Virus record (IMG/VR): IMGVR_UViG_3300031692_000001
Location: 358-64,357 of that record
Direction: 5' to 3' (one strand)
Length of the DNA stretch: 64,000 nt
Source: a virus
Lineage: Duplodnaviria; Caudoviricetes
A program made the translations under genes and the position numbers. The notes below the pieces were generated by a model, which did not search any database, was not told the origin of the DNA, and was given only the letters and a program-made list of their open reading frames with translations. Positions 1 to 9,496 of the stretch are shown piece after piece (within the stretch, counting starts at the first letter, position 1; each line of letters opens with the position of its first letter).

Positions 1-210
1 GGAATTAGAAATAGCCTTATTTTATCCTAAATTAGATTTTTATACTTTCTCTTTGCTAACTCCTTATCTTATAAGGAGTTACATCATTTTATATAAAAAT
101 AACCCTTTAAAATTTATTGATAGGAATATACTAATATGGCCTATAAAGTGTCATAGCGGCGATCCTCGTTAAAAGAATTAGGGGTTTAAATGAAGTTTAA
201 GAAAGAGGAA

Positions 211-243
211 TAAAAAACCGGAAAGATTTTACTCTTCCCGGCC
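211..243 (-). terminator. Rho-independent terminator ending the late/lysis operon
   Basis: Minus strand GGCCGGGAAGA-GTAAAA-TCTTTCCGGTT followed by a T-run, just downstream of 282..770. Confidence 0.8.
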
Positions 244-281
244 AAGAAAGAAAGGAATTATGGACATAAGTCCAGTACCAA

Positions 282-770
282 TTATAATAATTTAAATAAT
301 AAAATCCCAGTCCCTACCCCTATTATAAAACAACCAACCCCAATCCCGATTTCTTTAAGGATTTGAAATTTCTCCAAGTGTTTTATAATTTTGATAGAGC
401 AGATTAAATCCTCCTCCAAACTTGGTAGCAAAGTTGATGACTCTTTCAATAGCTTTTCTTCCTTCGTTGTTGATGCTTCCAAGGTCTCTGTCTCTTTTTC
501 TATAATATTCAATGATTTTTCTTGATTGTTTAAGTTCTCTTCTGATTGTTTTATAAGAGATTCGATCAAGCCGGGATATTTTAGCAAATTCATTATTGAT
601 GATAGTAAGTCGTTGTATTGTAATTGTAGCATCTCGAAGTCTGTCTGTAGCTTCAGATAATTTTCCTGAAGTATTGAAATATAACCACCATCCGCATGTG
701 CAAAGTAAGCACAACACAACAACAATCCCGCAATAAATAACCATATTAAAAGTTTTTCTTTCCATTTCAT
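282..770 (-). CDS. Lysis-cassette protein with signal peptide, coiled coil and C-terminal TM helix (spanin-like?)
   Basis: Hydrophobic N-terminus ending AHA-D, heptad-rich middle, C-terminal GxGxG-type hydrophobic helix; follows holin-like genes. Confidence 0.5.
   Translation of the reverse strand: MKWKEKLLIWLFIAGLLLCCAYFAHADGGYISILQENYLKLQTDFEMLQLQYNDLLSSIMNLLKYPGLIESLIKQSEENLNNQEKSLNIIEKETETLEASTTKEEKLLKESSTLLPSLEEDLICSIKIIKHLEKFQILKEIGIGVGCFIIGVGTGILLFKLL
355..765 (-). CDS. Nested out-of-frame membrane-anchored coiled-coil protein (i-spanin-like?)
   Basis: 136-aa ORF fully inside 282..770; N-terminal TM then helical region; shares the GGAGGAG RBS. Confidence 0.45.
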   Translation of the reverse strand: MERKTFNMVIYCGIVVVLCLLCTCGWWLYFNTSGKLSEATDRLRDATITIQRLTIINNEFAKISRLDRISYKTIRRELKQSRKIIEYYRKRDRDLGSINNEGRKAIERVINFATKFGGGFNLLYQNYKTLGEISNP

Positions 771-1019
771 TTACTCCTCCCTTTTATTATATAATTCTGG
801 TTTAAAATTTTGAGAAATAGTTAATTTATCAAAACTATTCCCCCCAATTATAATCCCCGAATTAACAATTTGCGCCCAAACAAGTCCGGATATTACTTGA
901 GGGAATATGTCTTTAGCATAAAATAAAACCAATAAAGACATTCCTACAAATATTATAGTATTGATAATAAATACCATTATTTTCCGGCTTATGTTCTTTT
1001 TACTCATTTTTAAATCCAT
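771..1019 (-). CDS. Putative holin
   Basis: About 80 aa, two hydrophobic helices, charged C-terminal tail, lysis position. Confidence 0.55.
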   Translation of the reverse strand: MDLKMSKKNISRKIMVFIINTIIFVGMSLLVLFYAKDIFPQVISGLVWAQIVNSGIIIGGNSFDKLTISQNFKPELYNKREE

Positions 1020-1342
1020 TTCATTATTTTAGCAATTATCGCAAATATTATAGTCCCAAATAAGGAAGTAAAAAGCCAAAAATAAAAAGCATTCATCCGG
1101 TTAAAAATAATATTTAACGTATTATCTATTTTCTCAAATCTTGCAATATAATTATTTTTGACCTCTCCAGTATCTTCTTTTCTATCTTTTATTTCTTGCT
1201 CTAATTTTTGATTAATATTTGCTTGATTTGCTTCAAGTTTAATTATCTGGATATTACCTTCTGAAAGAGTATTAACAACTTTCATTATTTTTTTTAAATC
1301 ATTTTCAGATACTTCTATTTTACCATTTTTATTCATGCACAT
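1010..1342 (-). CDS. Coiled-coil protein with C-terminal TM helix (XhlA/holin-like)
   Basis: Coiled coil then hydrophobic C-terminus; directly after tail fibre gene. Confidence 0.5.
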   Translation of the reverse strand: MCMNKNGKIEVSENDLKKIMKVVNTLSEGNIQIIKLEANQANINQKLEQEIKDRKEDTGEVKNNYIARFEKIDNTLNIIFNRMNAFYFWLFTSLFGTIIFAIIAKIMKWI

Positions 1343-1352
1343 ATTGCTCCTC

Positions 1353-2336
1353 TTATATTTTTATAATATAATTTAATGACAGATTTGCTGGTCTGGTTTC
1401 ATCATCAGTCTTGACCACGGTGGAGGCGTTGAAAGTAATCTTGGTTCTTGATTCAGAAGCTACATTATGAGTAACACTAAAAGTGCTAACTGTATCTGCC
1501 GACCCGGCAAAAAGACTTGAATCACCTGCAACTATATCGCCACCTATAGAAGTTGCTTTAGCGGTAAAATTACCCGTAATATTTTCAATAGCAAAATCCT
1601 GATAATCTCCAACACTACCTCCTACACTTCCAAGAGTTCCGTTTGTCCCGGCCCCCCTTGGGAATATTCCTCTCATATCCGGAAGATTAAAAGTTGTTGA
1701 CCCATCTCCAACTCCAAATGTCGTACTTATAACTGCGAATAGATCGGCGTAGGTTGTTCGGCTTACTTCGGCACCATCACAAAGAAGGTACCCGGAAGGG
1801 GCTGAGGATCCTGCGTAGGGGCTTATTACTCCGGGGGGTGATACCCCTAATGTAGCTCTTGCTTCCAATGCATTCACGTCATTCAATAGAGTTTTCATAA
1901 AAGCACTTATATTGGATAACACCAACCATTCAGAATTCGTATCATCCCAAATTAACATCATAGTATCCCCGGCAAGCAAAGTATGAGAAGTCACTCCAGT
2001 AGTAACTGCTTCCACATATACCGAATTTCCTACTCCTACAACTTGAATAAGTACCATAGCTCCGTCCCTGGTTGAACCGTTAAACAACCCAAGGGTAATA
2101 TCTCCGGCTGTGGGATTTACAAATAATTTATGATCCTGCTCCAGGTCCGCTGCCGCATAATCTACATCAGCAATAACTGTACTAATTACATCGGCCCAAT
2201 CAGAATTCCGGCTTACAAACTCTGCTAATAGATTCATGGTGATACTTTTACTCACTGAACCTTGAAAAACGTGTGATATATCCGCATTTGCTACAGATGC
2301 GGCAACTGGCAAATCTCCTAATGTTTTTGTTCCCAT
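1353..2336 (-). CDS. Tail fibre protein with tail-collar domain
   Basis: PPGVISPYAGSSAPSGYLLCDG...FGVGDGSTTFNLPDMRGIFPRG collar motif; C-terminal ETRPxNxSLNYIIK. Confidence 0.9.
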   Translation of the reverse strand: MGTKTLGDLPVAASVANADISHVFQGSVSKSITMNLLAEFVSRNSDWADVISTVIADVDYAAADLEQDHKLFVNPTAGDITLGLFNGSTRDGAMVLIQVVGVGNSVYVEAVTTGVTSHTLLAGDTMMLIWDDTNSEWLVLSNISAFMKTLLNDVNALEARATLGVSPPGVISPYAGSSAPSGYLLCDGAEVSRTTYADLFAVISTTFGVGDGSTTFNLPDMRGIFPRGAGTNGTLGSVGGSVGDYQDFAIENITGNFTAKATSIGGDIVAGDSSLFAGSADTVSTFSVTHNVASESRTKITFNASTVVKTDDETRPANLSLNYIIKI

Positions 2337-2349
2337 AATTTCCTCCTAA

Positions 2350-2982
2350 TTATTCTATAAAAAAGGTACTTACTATGTAAGAACCATCATCTGTTATAAT
2401 AAAATTTCCTATATCGTCAATAATAAAATCTGAAAATAGTAATCCTACCCCGGAAGGAATTAAACCTAAAAGAAAAGATAAAGATGTTAAATTCTCCACT
2501 TCCAATATAATAAGATTTCCTAAATCATCTACAATATTATTTCCCAAATCATCTACCAATTCATAACTATCAGTAATTGGGAAATTTCCTCCAACCCATA
2601 TCCTTACTTTTGCGGGATACATGGGATGATATTCAATTATATTTGTATCGAATAAAACCCGGATAGCTGAGATTAAAGCTTCCGGCTCCCCGGAAGAAAT
2701 ATTGATTTGTATTTGAGCTCTAATTATAGTCCTATAAGTTTCATCATTTCTCCCGTTCCGAATAACTCCAATATGTTTTCCTACTACATCTAATTGTTCC
2801 CCAACAGCATCATCCAACCAAACATATAATAACATGGTAAACAAAGCATTTTCTAAATCCTCAAATTGTCGATCGGAAGATTCTAAAATTGGTATTATAT
2901 TTGACTCTTTAAAAAATTCAATCAACCAAGGGTTTTTATTGAATTGGAAATAATTAGTTATTTCTTTTCCTTCAATACTCAT
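2350..2982 (-). CDS. Baseplate wedge protein (DUF2612-like)
   Basis: LDDAVGEQLDVVGKHIGVIR...DETYR motif after baseplate J; repeated xxDDxGN motifs at C-terminus. Confidence 0.75.
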   Translation of the reverse strand: MSIEGKEITNYFQFNKNPWLIEFFKESNIIPILESSDRQFEDLENALFTMLLYVWLDDAVGEQLDVVGKHIGVIRNGRNDETYRTIIRAQIQINISSGEPEALISAIRVLFDTNIIEYHPMYPAKVRIWVGGNFPITDSYELVDDLGNNIVDDLGNLIILEVENLTSLSFLLGLIPSGVGLLFSDFIIDDIGNFIITDDGSYIVSTFFIE

Positions 2983-2990
2983 ATCTTTCC

Positions 2991-4439
2991 TTATACTAAA
3001 GTTAATACAATTCTGTCCACATTAAATATGGCTATTTCATTTGAAGCTATTACAATATTTGCTTCTGAATACGCTCCTGCCGGACCTATTGCCGCCGCAC
3101 TAACTGCTAATTCAACATATATTGTACTTATACCGGGAATAGAATATATTGGAATAGATAATCTCTGATAAATTACGTCATCCCCGGTTTGTATATAAGT
3201 AGTAGCATACTCTACAATTGCGGCTTTGATTAAACTCTCTCCATTTGTTGGAAAACTTTCCTCTGAATTCAGACTATAATCAATATCCAACCATATATAC
3301 ACATTTGTCGGTCTGGAAAATTTCACTGTTTGATTATTTCCCGTAGAGTCTACAACAGTTTCACTTTCACCCCCATAAGATTGAATGCCTGATGGTTGTT
3401 TTTCCCATATTTTATCTGCTATACCTTGATTATCTCCTCCTGAAATAATTGCTTCAAATGAATGAGCAGGTCTACCTTCTCCATCAACTGCATCTATTCT
3501 ATTAGAAACGACCAAAACAGAAGTAACTCCATCAACTTCTTGAAGTAAAGCTGCACGAATTGCTTCATCCGTAGCTGCTCCGATAGCTGTAAGAAGTTCC
3601 CTTCTTCTAATTCTTAATTCTTCATCAGTTTCAACTTCTCTCCCGGAGAATCCAGCAGCAATATTATTAACTTCATCTAATCCTGAAATTGGGTTGACTA
3701 TTATAGTAAGAGTGTTTGCCGGAACTGTTAAAGCTCCGGTATTCACAGCCAAATATTTTCCAGGAGAAGCAAGGACATCAATCTGTAAATTAACATCTAC
3801 TGATAAGGAAAAGGCTTCAATTCCATCATCAGCTTGGATGTTTGCCGTGCCGTCTAAATTATCTGTAAATGTAATTGGCTCTGATCCTAAATCCACAGCA
3901 ACTTTTAATCCGGCAATGATTTCCTCTTCCGTAGCAGTTCCATCGGAAGTAAATGTATAAGCAGTTCCATTTATTGTGATTGTATATAAAGTTGTATCCA
4001 AAACTGTAGAAACTGAAATATCAACATCAATCAAGCTATCTAAAGATAGAGTGACGGCAGTTTCTAATGCAAAATTTTCATTCGTTTCTGTTTGCCTGAT
4101 TAAATGACCGATAGGAATTACAGTGCCCAAAGTCCCATAAAGTGCTTCTGTTACATTAGAAGATGTAGCAGACAATCTTTTCACTCCTACCATAGCAGCA
4201 GCCCCATCCAGACTTTTCCCCTCTGAATTATCGGGATTGAAACTTTCATAAATAGCTTGTAATAATTCCCATTGATTAGAAAACTTTTTAGATAGATTTC
4301 CAATCAATTGCCCGGCTACGGAATCTTCCGATACATCCAAGTCATTTCCATATGAGTTTTTGAAATCTACTTCTAATTCTGATTTGATTGTTTGTAAATC
4401 TTTAATCACAAACCCTTCTAAAGTTATTCCATAAGCCAT
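2991..4439 (-). CDS. Baseplate J/gp47-like protein
   Basis: YGIT..GF N-terminus, GRExETDEELRxR and PAHSFEAIISGG motifs. Confidence 0.9.
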   Translation of the reverse strand: MAYGITLEGFVIKDLQTIKSELEVDFKNSYGNDLDVSEDSVAGQLIGNLSKKFSNQWELLQAIYESFNPDNSEGKSLDGAAAMVGVKRLSATSSNVTEALYGTLGTVIPIGHLIRQTETNENFALETAVTLSLDSLIDVDISVSTVLDTTLYTITINGTAYTFTSDGTATEEEIIAGLKVAVDLGSEPITFTDNLDGTANIQADDGIEAFSLSVDVNLQIDVLASPGKYLAVNTGALTVPANTLTIIVNPISGLDEVNNIAAGFSGREVETDEELRIRRRELLTAIGAATDEAIRAALLQEVDGVTSVLVVSNRIDAVDGEGRPAHSFEAIISGGDNQGIADKIWEKQPSGIQSYGGESETVVDSTGNNQTVKFSRPTNVYIWLDIDYSLNSEESFPTNGESLIKAAIVEYATTYIQTGDDVIYQRLSIPIYSIPGISTIYVELAVSAAAIGPAGAYSEANIVIASNEIAIFNVDRIVLTLV

Positions 4440-4448
4440 AATTTTCCC

Positions 4449-4805
4449 CTATATAGTAATTGCAATTATTTCTCCCTCTAAAGTTTTTACTGAAAATTCA
4501 ATTAAAAGTTCCCTGGTAGAATTTTCATAAGTTAAATTAAAACTTTCCAAAGTGTCTACTCCGGGAGTGGTGATTATTTCAGTTTTTAATAAATCTTCTA
4601 TATAATTAAGATCTGGGTTTTTTATTAAAATTTCTTCAAAATAAGGTATTCCTTTTAAAACATTTAAATACCATTCTCCTAAAAAAAAGCTTAATCTTAT
4701 TTTTAATTTTTGAGCTAAAAAAGAAGAATTATTTTCAGTAAAAGAAAAATCTCTATTTATTAAAGATAAGTTATTTGTGTTTTCTGTTAATAAAAAATCT
4801 TTCAT
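4449..4805 (-). CDS. Baseplate wedge subunit (gp25/DUF2634-like)
   Basis: QKLKIRLSFFLGEWYLN..GIPY motif; precedes baseplate J. Confidence 0.8.
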   Translation of the reverse strand: MKDFLLTENTNNLSLINRDFSFTENNSSFLAQKLKIRLSFFLGEWYLNVLKGIPYFEEILIKNPDLNYIEDLLKTEIITTPGVDTLESFNLTYENSTRELLIEFSVKTLEGEIIAITI

Positions 4806-4814
4806 TTTTCCTTC

Positions 4815-5450
4815 TTATATTTTAATAATGAAATTTATACTTAAATTAGCTGGTCTGGTTTCAGTGTCGGTATTGACAGCTCTGGATGCGTTAAAATTAA
4901 CTATATCTACGGGTCTTGTAATAGCATTAGATGTAGATGTTGGACTATTCCCACCTTGGACAGAAACAAAAACTCCGGTAGCTCCTGGGACTATATTATA
5001 TGTGGATGGGGTTCTTAACGAGAATTGACCAACTATATTTTCAATAGCAAAATCCTGATAATCTCCAACACTACCCCCTACACTCCCGAGAGTTTCGTTT
5101 GTTCCGGCTCCCCTAGGAAATATCCCCCGAAAATCCGGAAGGTTAAAAGTAGTGGAACCGTTACCAGGTCCGAAAGTGGTTCCGATAATAGCAAATAAAT
5201 TCGCATAGATTGTACGACTAACAGCAGCGCCATCACAAAGAAGGTACCCGGATGGAGCAGAAGATCCTCCGTGCATAATAACTGAACCAGAGGGTGTCAA
5301 AATATCAAAAAAAGGTTTTGCCATTTCCTTATACATTTGCAGTCTTTGAGCATTTGATATATTTTTTCTCTCCGATTCACTTAAAGAGGCAATATAATCT
5401 ACCATCTCATTATACCAAGCCAATCCAAGTGCATCACTCGCTGCTGACAT
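4815..5450 (-). CDS. Second tail-collar-domain protein (short fibre)
   Basis: APSGYLLCDGAAVSRT...STTFNLPDFRGIFPRG; paralogous to the C-terminal half of 1353..2336. Confidence 0.85.
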   Translation of the reverse strand: MSAASDALGLAWYNEMVDYIASLSESERKNISNAQRLQMYKEMAKPFFDILTPSGSVIMHGGSSAPSGYLLCDGAAVSRTIYANLFAIIGTTFGPGNGSTTFNLPDFRGIFPRGAGTNETLGSVGGSVGDYQDFAIENIVGQFSLRTPSTYNIVPGATGVFVSVQGGNSPTSTSNAITRPVDIVNFNASRAVNTDTETRPANLSINFIIKI

Positions 5451-5451
5451 A

Positions 5452-6027
5452 TTATGCCCCTTTCAATTTAATAATCCCACCCGTAATTCCTCCATGAGGA
5501 ATTCCAGTCATGGGATCTGTTGTTAATATATTGGGTTGCCACCCTGAAGCATCCCCGGTTTTTAATGTGATTCCTAATTCTCCAATAGATACTTCATAAT
5601 TTTTATATTTCACTTGTAAATTAATTCCATCCCCGACTGCTCCAGGAGAACCAAAAGGAAATAATCCGGGAATACAAATAGCATCTGACAAAGCAAATTT
5701 TCTTTTATCCCCTGCTTCAACCTCCTCTCCGGTAGCAGATAGATATCTTTCCAAGCAAACTTCAGAAAATAAAATTAAACAACCATCCCCTTTTTTAAGA
5801 GGAAAAGTTATAATTGAATCTTTTGTACAAGGAAACATCACTGGAACATCTGTAATAACCGGATAAGAAATAGATCCTGTATCTAATTCTTTTTTTATTC
5901 CCGGTTTCACACTTACTTTCTTTTTTATAGGGTCATAAGTTTCAATAGTTCCGGGAATACAAGTGTGGACATTGCTTGTAAAAGATTGAAAAGCTATTTT
6001 TAATACATCGGGCATTTTTAATCTCAT
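5452..6027 (-). CDS. Baseplate central spike (Gp138 N-terminal OB-fold type)
   Basis: VHTCIPGTI..YD, DVPVMFP, FPLKKGDGCLILFSE, FALSDAICIPG motifs. Confidence 0.85.
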   Translation of the reverse strand: MRLKMPDVLKIAFQSFTSNVHTCIPGTIETYDPIKKKVSVKPGIKKELDTGSISYPVITDVPVMFPCTKDSIITFPLKKGDGCLILFSEVCLERYLSATGEEVEAGDKRKFALSDAICIPGLFPFGSPGAVGDGINLQVKYKNYEVSIGELGITLKTGDASGWQPNILTTDPMTGIPHGGITGGIIKLKGA

Positions 6028-6860
6028 ATTTGCACCACCTCTAATTCACAAACAAAATCACCTTCATAATTATCCCCGGAAAAATTAAGAGACTCTATTT
6101 TAAAAGTCCCATTTACAATACTGGATTTAATTTGTATTTCAGATCCTGGGAAAAGTTGAGGATATAGAAGGCTTTTAATTTTCCATCTTTTTGGAACTTC
6201 TTTATTTTCTGTTTGTTTCTCATCTTGATCACTTAGAGCTTCAGGAGTTCCGATCAATCCGGTTTTAGGAGATATTTTTAAACCGCTTCTTTGAACAACT
6301 TCTCCCGGAGATATAATTACTAATTGCTGATTTTGAATAGTCCAGGATTTATTTAATGGAGATAGAATTTCTGTTAATCCCTCTTTTACTTTTCCAATAA
6401 AAGCCCATCCATTAGCAAAAGAACCAGATATTTGAGTTTTAGGGTTCATTAAAGGAAGTCCAAAAGCATATACCAAATCCTGAAATATTTTTTGTTTAGA
6501 AGTTCCCCCCGTATAAGAAATAGAAATGTCTTTATTTTGAATATTAGTTTGCCCATCATAGGCTTCTATTTCTAATATTCTATTTACTCCTTCCTTTTTA
6601 TCCGTGGTTTTTGTTATATCTCCGAAAAATAAATTAACAACCCCTTCATCTGAATATCCAGCTTTTAAAATAATTTTATTTCTTGCTTTAGCTATTTTTT
6701 CAGAAGTATTTAAACTTACATTATAGATTTGAAGAACTAATTTATTTGCAGATTCTTTATCTGATTTTTCAACTGAGAAGTTCATATGTAAATCTTTGAT
6801 CAAAGTTCCGGTTTCCCCTTCGGGGCCAATAGAAACTTCAATTATTCTATTCAGTGCCAT
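6024..6860 (-). CDS. Baseplate hub protein
   Basis: ILKAGY...LFFGDI, WTIQNQQL, TGLIGTP motifs; position before spike. Confidence 0.8.
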   Translation of the reverse strand: MALNRIIEVSIGPEGETGTLIKDLHMNFSVEKSDKESANKLVLQIYNVSLNTSEKIAKARNKIILKAGYSDEGVVNLFFGDITKTTDKKEGVNRILEIEAYDGQTNIQNKDISISYTGGTSKQKIFQDLVYAFGLPLMNPKTQISGSFANGWAFIGKVKEGLTEILSPLNKSWTIQNQQLVIISPGEVVQRSGLKISPKTGLIGTPEALSDQDEKQTENKEVPKRWKIKSLLYPQLFPGSEIQIKSSIVNGTFKIESLNFSGDNYEGDFVCELEVVQI

Positions 6861-7190
6861 TTATAATTCCTCATTTGAAAAAAATAATAATTGATATCTT
6901 TTACCAAAACTATCAAAATCCAAAGTCCCGGTTTCAGGAGTTTGTTGTAAATCCCAACAGATAAATTCCCCTTCCGGTAAAGCATAGGATTTATATTGAT
7001 TTAATAATAAATAATTTGGGACTATTTTAATTCCTAATAAAATATTATTTTGATCTTGGTCCTGGATATCCATGTACCAAGCTTCTTCTCTGGCATTCCA
7101 AGAAAAAAGTAAATGCCATATATCCCTCGCCAATTCAATATCAAATTCATACCTGGAACTTCTGTCTTGGAAAGTTGGAATAGTTATCAT
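6861..7190 (-). CDS. Small baseplate protein
   Basis: WNxREEAWYMDI...GIKIVPN motif typical of this tail module. Confidence 0.65.
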   Translation of the reverse strand: MITIPTFQDRSSRYEFDIELARDIWHLLFSWNAREEAWYMDIQDQDQNNILLGIKIVPNYLLLNQYKSYALPEGEFICWDLQQTPETGTLDFDSFGKRYQLLFFSNEEL

Positions 7191-7771
7191 TTTTTCACCA
7201 CCCCAAATATTTCATCTATTTGAGCATCAATTTGGTCTAAAAAATTAGAACCTTCTGCTATTTTTTGAGTTTGCCCGTTTGTTACTTTTCCCGCATTTTG
7301 TTTTGCTTGGGCTTGCTTATTTGTTACTTCATCGGCATCAGAAATTTGAGAATTGGGGATTGTTACCGCTTGAGAAGAGACCACCCTTATTTCATTCATA
7401 GTAGCTGAAAAATTTAAAGAAGCTCCGTTTTGAGCTGTCCGGGGAATTACTAATGAAGTTATAATCATATTAGTATATACTTTCAATCCTGATACTACAG
7501 TCAAAACCTCTTTACTCTTCATTATTTTATCTAATTCAAGAAAGGAGGAAACAATATTTGACCCATCTTTTACCGGGGAAATCATACCTGTTACTGATAG
7601 ACTTTTTGGTTGCTCTTGAATATGGTCTGAAATATCAGAACCATTTTCTACAGGGTATACTGATATAGCATTAGATCGACTATGAGTTTCTGAAATAAAA
7701 GCATCTATTACTAAGCTCCCAATCTTTTTTTCTGTGTTAGTTTTAAATATTAGTCTTGCTTGCTCTGCCAT
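7187..7771 (-). CDS. Tail tube initiator / Dit-like baseplate protein
   Basis: IDA..SETH...YPVENGSDISDH motif immediately after tape measure gene. Confidence 0.75.
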   Translation of the reverse strand: MAEQARLIFKTNTEKKIGSLVIDAFISETHSRSNAISVYPVENGSDISDHIQEQPKSLSVTGMISPVKDGSNIVSSFLELDKIMKSKEVLTVVSGLKVYTNMIITSLVIPRTAQNGASLNFSATMNEIRVVSSQAVTIPNSQISDADEVTNKQAQAKQNAGKVTNGQTQKIAEGSNFLDQIDAQIDEIFGVVKK

Positions 7772-7773
7772 AT

Positions 7774-9495
7774 TTATTTTGGACTATTTGCAGTCACTTC
7801 TCCCATTACCGTTCCCCATTGATCGGTTATTATTTTTTTCATTCTGAATTCCATTTCTTTTGCTTGCTCTTCTGTAGTTCCCGGGGGAAGGTTCACATTT
7901 ATTTTACTCCTTACATCAAAATTATTCATATTAGAAGAAGATGAACCCGATGTTTTATTTTCCATTGTAGGTTTTGCTTTTCCTCCTCCGAATAAACCTC
8001 CAAAAAAATCCCCCACTCCTGCTGCTACGTCTGCTACACCATTTATGAAAGTCATAAGCCCTTCCCAAAGTCCGGTAATAAATTTCACAGTTCCTTCCCA
8101 GACTGATTTTATTCCTGCCACTATTCCATCCCAAATCCCTAATATGTTGGTGGAGATCCCCTCCCAAACCTTTCCTATCCAATCAGCAAAAGCACTCCAT
8201 AATTTCATCATTACTTCTCCTGCTTTTTTTAAAAAATTGATTGACCCCATCCAGAGATCAACAAAAAATCCTGCAAATCCTTCCCATAAACCTTTTAAAA
8301 AAGTAATAACAGCATCCCAATTATCTATAAGTAATTTTATTGCTACAATTAAAGCAAAAATTGCTATTATAATTAAAGTAATAGGATTTAAAGACATGAT
8401 AAAATGTAAAATTGCTTGAACTACTCCCCAAAGTTGAATTGCGGCTATTATCCCTATTATTATAGGAAGGAGTACTTCCAGTACTTTTTCCCACCCACCA
8501 AAAAAATTAACAACATCATTTACTAAATCAATAACAAATAACAAAACTTTTCCTGCTATTTTTCCTACAGTAAGTAAAACCCTTCCTATGGTTTTTAAAA
8601 TATTCATAAACCCAGAGGTTAATTTTTCCAATCCCCCTAAATGTTCTATAAGCCTTTGAATAAAACGAATTACAAAAACCACAACATAAGCTAAACCTTT
8701 AAACAAATCAACCAGTCCAGATTTCATTATTCCCTGAGAAGCCGCTAAAAAGTCTAAAAAAGCTCTTCCCAATTCTTTTCCGATTGGTAATAATTCTTGA
8801 CCTACTGCATTCATAAAATTAGTGAAGAAATCCCCTATATTGGATAAAATACCTAAAAAACTTTTTGATTGTTTTTCCATGAGTCCCGCAAATCTTCCTG
8901 TCCCGGTCCCCATATTGGTTAGTGCTTGATTTACTTCTTTAAAAGAAACTTTCCCAGCACTAACCATTTTAAAAAGTTCTTGAGTAGTTACCCCATAATT
9001 TTTTGCTAACTCATCTAATATAGGCACCCCGGCTTCCAACATCATATTAAGCTCTTCCATAGATGCTTTTCCCTTTGCCCGGATTTTTCCCAATGCTGCT
9101 ACAATAGTTGGCAATTTGTCTTTTCCTACTCCAGCAGCGATATTCCCCATAGTGGTCATAGTTGGAATTATTTCCTCAGCAGCAAATCCAAAAGCAAGAA
9201 GTTGTTTAGATGATTTTACCAACCCAGTTAATTCAAAAGGAGTAGTAGCAGCAAATTTTGTAATATCTTCTATGAGGTCATTAGCAGCCTCAGCAGATCC
9301 TAACATGGTTTCAAAAGCAATTTGAACTTGTTCCATATCTCCGGCTGTTTTGAGAGCTATTCCACCCAAAACACTTATACCAAGTACTGCCATTTTTCCA
9401 ATGTCCATTACTTTTTTTAAAGCATTTCCATATTTATTGAGTCCTTTATCATCTGACTGAAATCCAAGTAATGTAAGTAAAGACCTTACTACCAT
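7774..9495 (-). CDS. Tape measure protein
   Basis: FETMLGSAEAA...FAATTPFE tape-measure domain; Trp-periodic amphipathic repeats. Confidence 0.9.
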   Translation of the reverse strand: MVVRSLLTLLGFQSDDKGLNKYGNALKKVMDIGKMAVLGISVLGGIALKTAGDMEQVQIAFETMLGSAEAANDLIEDITKFAATTPFELTGLVKSSKQLLAFGFAAEEIIPTMTTMGNIAAGVGKDKLPTIVAALGKIRAKGKASMEELNMMLEAGVPILDELAKNYGVTTQELFKMVSAGKVSFKEVNQALTNMGTGTGRFAGLMEKQSKSFLGILSNIGDFFTNFMNAVGQELLPIGKELGRAFLDFLAASQGIMKSGLVDLFKGLAYVVVFVIRFIQRLIEHLGGLEKLTSGFMNILKTIGRVLLTVGKIAGKVLLFVIDLVNDVVNFFGGWEKVLEVLLPIIIGIIAAIQLWGVVQAILHFIMSLNPITLIIIAIFALIVAIKLLIDNWDAVITFLKGLWEGFAGFFVDLWMGSINFLKKAGEVMMKLWSAFADWIGKVWEGISTNILGIWDGIVAGIKSVWEGTVKFITGLWEGLMTFINGVADVAAGVGDFFGGLFGGGKAKPTMENKTSGSSSSNMNNFDVRSKINVNLPPGTTEEQAKEMEFRMKKIITDQWGTVMGEVTANSPK

Positions 9496-9496
9496 T

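Noticed and set aside
1356-5290. Diversity-generating retroelement TR/VR pair in the fibre genes
   Set aside because: No reverse transcriptase; both copies are coding and the differences are not adenine-specific
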